A stretch of DNA of 46,923 bases from Salisapilia sapeloensis CBS 127946 (lineage: Eukaryota > Protista > Oomycota): assembly GCA_023334545.1 (NCBI GenBank), contig JAADVB010000152.1, positions 1 to 46,923 on the forward strand. Reading direction: 5' to 3'. Numbering within the stretch: position 1 is the first letter of the stretch; the number at the start of each line of letters is the position of its first letter. Positions 10,931-21,100 of the stretch are shown piece by piece. A program made the translations under genes and the position numbers. The notes under the pieces were generated by a model, which saw nothing but the letters and a program-made list of their open reading frames with translations, was not told where the DNA came from and searched no databases.

Positions 10931-11290
10931 GTCCTTGCCACCTCCTTCGTGTACTAAGAAAGCAGTTATTTTGTCTATTGATGCGGGAGAAAAACCCAAG
11001 TCAGATTGTATAGCACAGTTTGATCAAACTAATGTATGTAATATCGAACTGTTTATCTGGTATGTCGTTAGCTACAATCGGGGTCTGTACAAATCCTGAA
11101 GCGGCTCGTAATTTTACCTTCAAGTCGATCACTCAAAAATCGCAAGATGTTTAGGCAGCATAGCTCCACTTTATCGGACCAGTTTGCACTAACGTACCCG
11201 ATTGCAGTTTCCATGGACATATATCACACCAAGATTTAAAAGATTGTCCGATACTACTGATACAATGGACACCAAAAGACAAACAAGAGA

Positions 11291-13492
11291 ATGGCGGACG
11301 AGACACCTTTATCAGCTTTGGAAGAGCTATTGGAGGCATCCGATGATGATGACAATGCGGCAGAAGCTTCCACAGATCCACAGGACATTATTAAACAGCA
11401 GAAACAGACAATTGTTAGTTTACAGAAACAGGTAGAGGCAGCAAACGAGTACAAGCAGGTCACCAATACCCGCTTAAAGCAAGCAGCACAGCGTCTAAAA
11501 GAGTACAGAACTAAAGTCGAAGACCTTCAGAAACAGTTAGAAAAGGCTAAAAAGGCTGCTAACTCCGCCTCACGGTCACCAAAGCCAAAGCCAACAGCTT
11601 CATCAGCGACACAAACCTTACTCGAAGGGTCCTTAGCGTTACCATTGCAGTTTGTTAAACCACAGACCAGTGCATCCGTTCAGACAGATCTTCTAGAAAG
11701 TATGCCGACAGACAAGAAGCGTAAAAGAAGTGTAGATGATATGTTTACATCTAATAAAGAGGCAACAACGGAGACAGCACCCAGTGTCCCGACCACTTAT
11801 CCCTCTCCTTCGGTCCACCACCAGACAGACTTTATGAGTCAAATGAGCAAAGAGATTGATGATGAATTAGGCTCCTCTTCCGACTCGGATTCAGACGCAT
11901 CCAGTACTGCTCCAGCCACCGATCCGTCCGCCAAATCGGAACATCCAGAGCAGAGGAAAGAAGAGATAAAATCGTCTTCTAGTGAATATGAAGATGATTC
12001 GTTCGCTCTTTCAATCGAAGATGACCTCTTCAGTACTGTTCAGACGCAAACACAACCAGAAGCCATGCAAATAGACAAGGAAGGCAAAGACGAGAAAGCA
12101 GAAACAGAAGAAATAAACGAAAAGGAAGTGATGAAGAAGGAAGAAGAGGACGGAGAGGTGGGGGAAACAACTGCTGTAATCCGAGAGAATAACACTGCCA
12201 GTCCAACTCTAGAGCAGTCAAAGAGTACACCTACTAACTACCAACCACCTGCTCAGACAGAGCAGTGTCGGCCAATGAAGTTCAAAGCGTCTGCTCGAAG
12301 ACAACCGACGGATATGAAGAACTACAAGTACGTCGGACGAACGATCTCGATCCTGCTCTATCATCACATTTCCTGTCCTGCCTCTGATACCTACCACGCA
12401 GACACATTGATTCCGTCCCTCATGTCCAACTACAAGACGAGCAATCTCTCTTTAAGCGACATCCTGCAAGGCGTCGTGCATTTGTTTTATAATCCTGCTA
12501 GCTGGCACCACGCTAACTTTTCCACCATCAGTCTCTTCGTCTCATCTCTCCTGTCTTCATTCGATACGTACGATGTTTCTACACGTATCTTTACGTTCTT
12601 TCGACCGTACATCTTCCCTACCACCTCCGTTGTCGTACCTAGCGACGTTATCAACGCGAAAGAAAGTATCGCTCTCATGCTCAGTGTCATCATGAATACT
12701 AGTGCAGACAAGTATGCTCTCCTCCAGCTGCTCCTCGTGGACATTATCAAGACGTATCCGAATGAGCTCGGTCCATACTTTATCCAACAACTTTTTCATA
12801 CAAGTTGTGTGGACATTCGGACGACCTGCCGAAACGATACATCGTCTTTGATGGAAACGATCGTCCATACAGTCGTCGTCCTTGGTAGTACTTTTGTGAA
12901 TGAAGCAAACTGGCGAGCTGTCATGGACGTCGCCAAGTATCTCGCGGATTGGAACTTACCTATCGACAGGACGAACTTTGATACACTTGCACTTGTTCAT
13001 TCTTATCTAGACAACTATGTGGACAAACTACTGACGTGTCCATTTGACTTTGACATGCAGACGTCCCTACAGCTCATCGGATGTGGATATGAAGAAGTTT
13101 TATTCGGACATTTCGTCTCTCGTTTCAATACACTTCTATCGTCTGACGCATGGAAAGAAACCTCTTCGTCGCATCAAGTGGCTCTTTTGCATACACTCGC
13201 TCCCATTATACAGAGTAGATATAGTAAAGTAGGTACTGAAGGGGTGAGTCAGCCGTTCCAAGACCTCTGCAACACTATCCAAAGCCAGTTAGAACAGCTC
13301 ATAGCAAAAGTCGATGTCAATGATAGCTTGGACTGCATCGCATCGTTGTTGAGTCTAAACGCCCTGCAAGTACCAATCGCATGGATAGATAACCAACAAG
13401 TAGATCATCTCCTGTCAAAGGACGTGGACGCAGATAAACTACGAGCCGTTCGAATGCGCATGCGAGTACGAAAACAAGAAAAGAGCGGATAA
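11291..13492 (+). CDS. Uncharacterised 733-aa protein: N-terminal coiled coil, disordered acidic/Ser-rich middle, C-terminal helical domain
   Basis: Long single ORF. Heptad-rich N-terminus (IIKQQKQTIVSLQKQVEAANEYKQ…), low-complexity centre and Leu-rich helical C-terminal half. Confidence 0.8.
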   Translation: MADETPLSALEELLEASDDDDNAAEASTDPQDIIKQQKQTIVSLQKQVEAANEYKQVTNTRLKQAAQRLKEYRTKVEDLQKQLEKAKKAANSASRSPKPKPTASSATQTLLEGSLALPLQFVKPQTSASVQTDLLESMPTDKKRKRSVDDMFTSNKEATTETAPSVPTTYPSPSVHHQTDFMSQMSKEIDDELGSSSDSDSDASSTAPATDPSAKSEHPEQRKEEIKSSSSEYEDDSFALSIEDDLFSTVQTQTQPEAMQIDKEGKDEKAETEEINEKEVMKKEEEDGEVGETTAVIRENNTASPTLEQSKSTPTNYQPPAQTEQCRPMKFKASARRQPTDMKNYKYVGRTISILLYHHISCPASDTYHADTLIPSLMSNYKTSNLSLSDILQGVVHLFYNPASWHHANFSTISLFVSSLLSSFDTYDVSTRIFTFFRPYIFPTTSVVVPSDVINAKESIALMLSVIMNTSADKYALLQLLLVDIIKTYPNELGPYFIQQLFHTSCVDIRTTCRNDTSSLMETIVHTVVVLGSTFVNEANWRAVMDVAKYLADWNLPIDRTNFDTLALVHSYLDNYVDKLLTCPFDFDMQTSLQLIGCGYEEVLFGHFVSRFNTLLSSDAWKETSSSHQVALLHTLAPIIQSRYSKVGTEGVSQPFQDLCNTIQSQLEQLIAKVDVNDSLDCIASLLSLNALQVPIAWIDNQQVDHLLSKDVDADKLRAVRMRMRVRKQEKSG

Positions 13493-13504
13493 AGAATTGT
13501 TGTT

Positions 13505-14151
13505 TTAAAAGTCTCGAAGCTGACGTTTAATGTCTCGTTCGTCATCTCGCTTACGATTGTCCACATTCGAGTGTTTTACGCATTGCGCTAGAATCAGTTT
13601 GATCCATCCAGTATTCCCAACCTCTACGCGTACTGGGATCTACCTGTCGTTAGTCCAATATAGACGATAGGAAGAGCTAGCTAAAACGTACAAATTGAGC
13701 GTTTGTCTTTTTACGAGCGAAATCTTGCATCCGTTTTAATTCAGAACGGTTTGCTAGTAACTTGCGGACTCGAGTCGGTTCTGGTCGACCGATTAAGCCA
13801 TTCCTCCATACTACGTCATCCGTTAGCCACAGATCGATTCTTCTCTCTACAACGTGTCGTACCTGGTATGTGCATGTTATGTAGGAACAACTCTCCTTTA
13901 TAAAACTCTGCGAATGATGCAGACAAGTCGCAATTGCGTGCTCGAAGCGACTTGACCTCACTCGGTTCCAACACCATTCCGACATTCCACTCTCGATCGA
14001 CTTCAAACTGCCCACTTTTGCTCTTCTGAAGAAATTGTTGGTTCCGAGCAATGGGTTTAATTGGAAAGTCTCGTTTCAATCGAATGAATGAACTGGAAGA
14101 AGGACATGGCACATGTGGAAGCCTCGATACGGATCGTCGAAGCAATTCCAT
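13505..14151 (-). CDS. smpB: SsrA (tmRNA)-binding protein SmpB with putative mitochondrial presequence, 180 aa; exons 14151-13863, 13810-13692, 13639-13505
   Basis: Spliced product has IARN…FEVDREWNVGMVLEPSEVKSLR…FYKGELFLHNMHIP…PEPTRVRKLLANRSEL…FIPVRVEVGNTGWIKLILAQCVKHSNVDNRKRDDERDIKR, collinear with bacterial SmpB. It has two 52-nt introns with CTAAC branch points. Confidence 0.9.
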
Positions 14152-14280
14152 ACGTTCGTTGTCCGATTCGTTGTCGAATATATAGAGTTGAACTGATATT
14201 TTCAATACATAGCTACTTTATAAGAATTTCCATTTGAAAAACTAAAGGAGATGGTAGCTTGTTCCATGCGTACTCTACGG

Positions 14281-15617
14281 CTAAAAGTCACTAAAGTGCT
14301 TCTCCCATAGACTCATAATCTCCGGAACGTTGTCTCGACCGAGTGTAATGCGGAAACGATCGGCAAATGCAGAGTCGCCGTAAACTTCTCCAGGCAAGAG
14401 CAAGATGCCTCGTTTCTCCACGAGTCCTTCGATCCGTTTATACAGCTCTCCATCCTTCATGCCAATGACTTTAGGGAAAGCAATTGGTCCAGCGAAGGGT
14501 GCAGTGTACACAAAGACGTCCGGATGTTTGTCCATAAACTCCTGGACCGCCACCTTGGCACGTGCTATGATCTGCTTGCTACGCTCCAGCACCTTGGGCG
14601 CATTGCGTAATCCGATCAGAGCTAAAATCTCGCTTGGGGCTGGTGGACAGATCGTCGTGTAGTCCTTCAGCAAACTCAGACGCTCCAGTAGCTCTGTGTC
14701 CTGACTTGCAATCCAACCGATGCGAATGCCCGGCATTGCAAACGACTTGCTCATGCCGGAAAGCGTCAGTGCCTTGTGGTAGACCGTAGCTGCTGGTGGA
14801 AGATGTAGAGCCTCATCACTCTCCAAGCCTGCATACATCTCGTCTGAAAACAAGTAGATGTCGTGCGACTTGCAAAAGTCAATGATTGCCTTCCATTCGC
14901 TTTGGCTAGGCAAGAAACCAGTTGGATTATGGGGAAAGTTGACTATGAGGAGCTTTGTGTTGTCTTTCACGAGGCCTTCAAGATCATTCGTGTCGAAAAC
15001 GAGAGGTTTGCCTGGTTTCTCGACTTGCTCTTTGCATCTCCATAGAGACACTTGACATCCAAGAGACTCGGCTACGACATAGATGCTAGTAAGAAAGCTA
15101 GAATGCATATATGGACGACTTACCGACGGAAGTGAGACTCTGATAACTTGGGGAGATAGAGATGACATGGTCACCTGGAGACAAAATTGCTCGAACGCCA
15201 AGATAGATACCTTCTTGAGGACAGACAACACGAAGGTTCTCTTCGTTCATGGCCGGATATAGCTGTTTTGTGATCTCCTGACGAAGCAGTGGAAGACCTT
15301 CAGTAACTGTGTACATGAGAGATAGATCTTCCCAGAGCTTTTTGCATTCATCATCAGCCATGGCTAGCACTTCACTTAAAGTGAGTGCTTGCAGGTCAGA
15401 AGCACACTAATATTCACGTCAGATAGCGTTCAAAGTGGTACAAGCAGAGATAAGGCATAAGATAGTCGAGACATACCGCAATGTATTGAGCATCGAATTC
15501 ATATTTTGCAAAGAATCGTTCGAGCTTGAACACTGGGAGGTTGCTGACGACGTCGGGGCTTTTCGTAGACATACTGGTTGTAGCGATGGGAAGCAGATTT
15601 GTAAATGAGGATTTCAT
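14281..15617 (-). CDS. PLP-dependent class I/II aminotransferase (VioD/capreomycidine-synthase-like subgroup), about 404 aa; introns 15407-15476 and 15072-15123; alternative ATG at 15572
   Basis: Motifs FKLERFFAKYEF, VNFPHNPTG, LFSDEMY and GMSKSFAMPGIRIGW (PLP lysine). Splicing joins three ORF-track fragments in frame. Confidence 0.9.
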
Positions 15618-15814
15618 CGAATGCAGTAACCTCCCTCACTCATCATGCTGATGAGATGAAGTGTGCAGAGACGGCTCAGCAGCTGGGATACCAAGTGTCC
15701 ACGTCCCTTGAAGCTTCATTTCAGATACTTTCGGTAGCAACTCAATCGCTGGGAGACTGCGATGGAAACTCTTGGTCTACTTCCGGATAAATTGTCTATT
15801 GCATTGCTGTCTAA

Positions 15815-15829
15815 CTCTCTCTCTCTCTC
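15815..15829. repeat. (CT)7 microsatellite upstream of the aminotransferase
   Basis: ctctctctctctctc read directly from the sequence. Confidence 0.8.
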
Positions 15830-16689
15830 GTTGATGTATTCGTTTCGTAGTCGGATGCATCCTATTAGCAACTTTTCAAGGTGATTACCACAACTTTTAA
15901 TTGACCGAGCAATTCTGCCAGCATATTGATCGAATGATCATGGAGTAACTGCGAAGACTTAATCTTGTAAGATTGTAGTAGACTGGTCAAGAGCATGACG
16001 CGTTGACATGAATCCGGTATTGGATCAGTTATATCTACATCTTTCCTTCGCTGAGAAGAGTTACTACTTCAATCGTAAACTACTTGTCCGTGGTTGATAT
16101 GTTTCTACAAACGGTAGAAGCTACGTGAATTTAATGATGCAATGTGATAGATAAGACTACCATCGTGCACGAAGCTGTAGAGACAATCAAATAAAGGAAT
16201 GCCCACTATCAATGAAACTACTTGCAAATACACGCTTTCACCATAGTTTTAAGTAAAAAGATGCATCGCAAATATTCCTTTAAATCATCTGCTTAAATTG
16301 ACTGCTCTCCACATCCATGACCAATATACTTGAGAACGACTTCCGGCACGCCATTTCCGTTTGCTTTGTTTAACACGTGCCAAGGTAAGAAGCCGAGTAC
16401 TCTGCCAACAAGGTCATCAAGTTCTTATCAGGCTATTAATAGCCTTCATCGAAGCGCCTCGAGGCAATAGATCTATTAATATCTACCCCCACATAGTTTC
16501 TTTAAGGATAATTGCAAGTCAACCTGATCACCTGGTTTGATCAGGCACTGGGGAAGGAGTTAAGCAACTTCAGCGTGAATCCCTGCCGTGAAACCAACTA
16601 AAATTCTAATACCGTTATTTTCTCCTTACCGACTTCCTCCACAAGTGATTTAGTCTCTTGTGTCTCGGGCGTCATCGTATTCCGACCTC

Positions 16690-18003
16690 ATGGAGGACGT
16701 CTCAAGGCCAAATCTATCTATCACCACAGACTTATCTCAGCTCGACGCTCCTTATGAAAATGATGTCGAGTGCCCAAGCGAAGAAGATTACTGCTTCTCT
16801 CCTACTGGTGATGGAGCGGTCCAACCCATGGGTGAGGATGGGAGTCCCACCGGCTTTTTAGGTCGTGCTAGCCAAGTCCTCTCCGTAAACTTGACACCTC
16901 GGTCGCAACAAGCGGACAAGCCTACTAGGCAAGCTACTTGGGGAACAACTATTTTTAAGCAAAGGTTTCAAGACATGGATCTACTCGAAAGCGGATACGC
17001 TCGTGAATATCTACAAGAAGCAAGCCTAAGCCCGACGCAGGCAAAGTCGTGGACTTACACCACGGTTGAGCGAGGAAGCAAAACGCAGTATAAGATGTAC
17101 TGGCAGGGAGATGAATTTCTCCTTAGTGCCCGACAAATTGGTGGTGATTTCTACATCTCCCAATACGAACATTTTGCAGACTGTTCCGAAACTCAGGACC
17201 ACATGAATGACATACCACCCGAATCACATTACTGTGCAGTCCTACGCAAAGTCAATGATCACAATTACAAGCTGTACAACTGCGGATGCGAAGGTTGTGA
17301 TATGACGCTTGGTACATACTCTTGTGACAACGTCGTCGACGATGCCGAAATATCATTTTCTGGAGCAAATGCCTCTAATGTTGGTATGGGTAATGGGCAC
17401 GACCACTCGCAGTTAAATGAAGGAGTTGATCGGCAACTGCTCGCGGACATTACTCAATTCACAAAACAAGCGACGGTAGCAGGCTCGGAGGTACGGTGCT
17501 TTTCGATTCAGATCCCTGCTGTGATGGAAGATCGGCGATCGAGAGTAGTATGGTGCCCACGCCAGAGTCGCAACGTTACCCCCACAGGAGGAACGCCTCG
17601 AGGGCAGCCACTATCATCTGGTCACTCTGTATTTTCACCATCTCACAAGGGACGGCGGTCTGTGTTCTCTTTCGATACGGAAACACCAGCCAATGACCGC
17701 ATACGCATCTGCAGCAAGCTGCCCGTGTGGTGTCCAGAAGTGCATAGCCTCATGCTGAAGTTCCATGGAGGACGAGTGCGTGAAGCAAGCGCGAAAAACT
17801 TCATGTTGATGCTAGATGAAGAAACAGCATTAAAGTCAGAGACAACCGACGCTGCTGCTCAGAGCCAAAAGATTCTGATGCAGTTTGGCAAATTTAGCCG
17901 AACAAAATTTGCGTTAGACTTTCGCTACCCTCTTGCACCTATCCAAGCTTTCGCAATCGGACTGTCATCATGTGCTTGGAATGTAAAAGTGCCTACTGAC
18001 TAG
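16690..18003 (+). CDS. Tubby C-terminal-domain protein (about 437 aa from ATG 16690)
   Basis: Tubby signature: SKLPVW…LMLKFHGGRVREASAKNF…ILMQFGKFSRTKFALDFRYPLAPIQAFAIGLSS. Confidence 0.9.
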   Translation: MEDVSRPNLSITTDLSQLDAPYENDVECPSEEDYCFSPTGDGAVQPMGEDGSPTGFLGRASQVLSVNLTPRSQQADKPTRQATWGTTIFKQRFQDMDLLESGYAREYLQEASLSPTQAKSWTYTTVERGSKTQYKMYWQGDEFLLSARQIGGDFYISQYEHFADCSETQDHMNDIPPESHYCAVLRKVNDHNYKLYNCGCEGCDMTLGTYSCDNVVDDAEISFSGANASNVGMGNGHDHSQLNEGVDRQLLADITQFTKQATVAGSEVRCFSIQIPAVMEDRRSRVVWCPRQSRNVTPTGGTPRGQPLSSGHSVFSPSHKGRRSVFSFDTETPANDRIRICSKLPVWCPEVHSLMLKFHGGRVREASAKNFMLMLDEETALKSETTDAAAQSQKILMQFGKFSRTKFALDFRYPLAPIQAFAIGLSSCAWNVKVPTD

Positions 18004-18124
18004 AGAAAGACAATTCAACGTACTACATGAGGATACTTGTCCAAAGTTTCACAACATTTCCTTTTATGCAGAGGTGAATAAAGAAACAAGAAACGAAATG
18101 CAATCAATATCATGTGTTTAAGCG

Positions 18125-21100
18125 TTAACTAGTTGTAATCTTGCCTTCCAGCACCCCAGAAGACTTACGTTCTAATGGTCTGGTGGCAGCATCGTCGTAG
18201 ATCTCTCGTTCGAATGTGTCAATCGCTTCCAGAACAGGTCTCACTACCTGCGATCTAGAGGTTCCACTTCTTAAAGCGATAGAAGCCGTGACAATTTCGG
18301 CTGCAGCTAGCCGATACTTTTCGTTCGCACCAATAGCATAAGATTTCACCGGTGCCTGCATTGCTTCCCATGTTCTCATCAACTGTCCTTGCTTTCGTCT
18401 CAATCCGTTGTAAGATACATCTTGTAGCCATACTCGGACTAATTCATCCTTGTCATTTCTTTTATATCCAAGCTGTGCATCTGGCCTTAGTTTCCGACTA
18501 ACCGATTTGCGGAATACATCCGTGAATTCCGGAAGCACCACCGGTTTATACTTTTTTGCCTTTTTCTTGCGTGGACTCCATCGCTTCCGTTCCAACTTTT
18601 CTTCTTCCTCTTTTTTCTTTTCGATCGCCATTTCCTGGCTGATGACCACCGCATCCAAATGACGCTTCGGACTTATACGGCGAAAGCAAGAGCTAAATAG
18701 CTTCTTTAGCTGCTTGAAGATGCGTCCGATGACAGGATAAACAAATTGTTTGTAGACGGTTGACAGCAAGATTAGTACTACACAAGAAACAAGTAGGAGG
18801 AACATCAAGAACACATTGGTCTTGACCACCTTGGCGACAAAGCCATATTGGCCAAGGATGTCTACTTTTTCCACTTCCTGCAGAAACTCTGCGTAAAGCT
18901 CAGCCGTGGTCTTTTCACCCATCGGCGAGTCCACACCAAGTTTCTGGAGGATCCACGTGAGATCCAATGTAGATGACTTTACAAGCGTGTCATTTCCGTA
19001 CATCCACATAGAAAACGCAAGATGGATGACAAGTGTCCAGGGAAGTAGGCTGAGTGCGATTTCACCGACGGCTTCATCGTAAGCAGTCTTGATGCTATAA
19101 AGGTGGATTAGCGATAGCTTGTCAATCCAGAACGCAGCGCCACAAGTCAGTGAAGCGACAAAGAGCAGAACAGGAGAGCCACCGCAAAAGGTCATCGTAA
19201 CGAAAACAGAGTTCAGCACCATCGGGTACCGAAGGGATATGTCAAACCTAGTACCAGCGTATAATGCATTCATCTTCTCTTGTGTACGCACGCTTCGTCG
19301 TTGCAAGCACCGTAGCAGCGGTGATATAACAAAGATGCGTAGAAGGAGCACAAACTGTGGTAAGAAAGCATTCACAATCATCGTTGTTGTGATTGACATG
19401 CCAACGGTCGGGTACCAATCGCGTTCAAAGTCTTTAAACTTTCCTGTAAACAAATCCTCTATAAGCGGTATCGTGTTGACTCCAAGCGCTGCATTGATAA
19501 TGAGCGTGAGGATGGCCGTATTCATGAATTGAGCAGTGAATAGCTTGAAGGCTGTCGCTGATGCCTTGGATGTTTCACTCGAATGACGTTCAAACGCGAC
19601 AAAGTTGCGTAAGATGATGTTCAAGAAGAGATTGACCAGGACGACAAGTCCAGCTGACGTCACGATGAAAATATTCTTAACAAGATAGTCGGTAATAAAG
19701 TTACGACAAGGCTCATAGTCTTCCCATAAACGTTGCGGACCTTGTGTAAATCCATACGTTTCAAAGCTCTTGGAGAGCGCGTCAGTGCAGAAACAGTAAA
19801 GTAGATGACTCTCCAGATATGTTTGACAGGGAAGCCCTTCCTCCACAGCTTTCTCGTCGAAGCATCCCAACGTGCTGCAACGTCTTTCACTGAGTTCATC
19901 GATGCAGGGATCTGTACAACGTACTGGGGGATTCGCTTCATCGATGGGTAAGGTAACATTTAAAGAAGAGGCCATCTCTTTATCGTATGCAATATGATAA
20001 AGCTTCTTGTCATCCACTGAAGGGCAGGTAGCTTCTGAGTCCCATTCTAACACTGCATATTGAACTTCGGAATACGGATCGAACGCTTTTCGTCCGAAAA
20101 ACACTTGTGGCAAGTGAACTTCACATAGTCCACTTGGTGGTAACTTGGCTCGGAATTGGTCTTGCGTGTAGTCAGCAGCAGAAATGACAATGCACGTTAT
20201 AAGCAAGAGGAAGAACGTCACGATGTTCGTCATGGATCGACGATAGAAGCGTCCACGTGAAGTTACTTCGAGATTTTCCCACAGGATATTCGATGGCTCG
20301 GGGGCAGGCATGACAGTTAACGGGTACTTGCCGTCTCGAAAGCGTAGCAATTTGGGCTGAAAGAAGCGTGGCAACCACTTGTCCGACATACGATAATCGT
20401 ACAAGCATCGACGCCGAGACTCCAGATTATTAAACACAACAAAGGCACATTCACAAGCTTCCCAATCAAATGCTTCATTGGTCGCCGTTGCTGCCTCCTT
20501 TGCTTTCTGTGCTGCCTCGGCCATCTTATCCTTTGCTGTTTGATTCCGCTTCCGCTCTGCTTTTTTCCGTGGACTCTCCTTCTTGCTCTTCACATTGAAC
20601 GCCTTGATTTTACTCTTCTTCTTATCTAGCGTTCGTTGTAAAGTTAGCAAAGTCTTTTGCGTCTTTGCAAATAACTTTTCATCCTGCGCAGTAAACTTGT
20701 CCGGTGTTTCCGAACGAGCGTAGTTAAGCATCGTTATCAATGACTTGGCCTCTGAGATGCTTCCTGTCAACGCTTCCATCGATAGAAACGTTCGAAGAAG
20801 ACCGCCCGTCGGGTGACCAATACTGACTTCAGCCACCCACTTGTTCAAGTACAGTTTCTTGTTCTTACTAGTGTCATTCTCACCACTCCCATACAAGTGC
20901 TCTACGTTCGACACAACAGATCGATTGATGGCGTTCTTGGATAGGGAATACACGACTTTGCGTCGTTTACCCCAAAACATATTAAACCACAGAGGGAAGT
21001 ACATCTCTTCTTCAGTCGGGTCGTACAGCTTGTTGAAGTGTTCGACAATCTCCTCTTGCGTCGCATCTCGTGGTAGCCCTCGAATGTAAATAGCATACCG

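Noticed and set aside
16521-16545. AACCTGATC followed by a hairpin (CCTGATCA-N7-TGATCAGG), reminiscent of a TPP riboswitch core
   Set aside because: There is no correctly placed CTGAGA, P5 loop or CGNAGGGA, and the neighbours are not thiamine genes. It remains only an 8-bp stem of unknown meaning.
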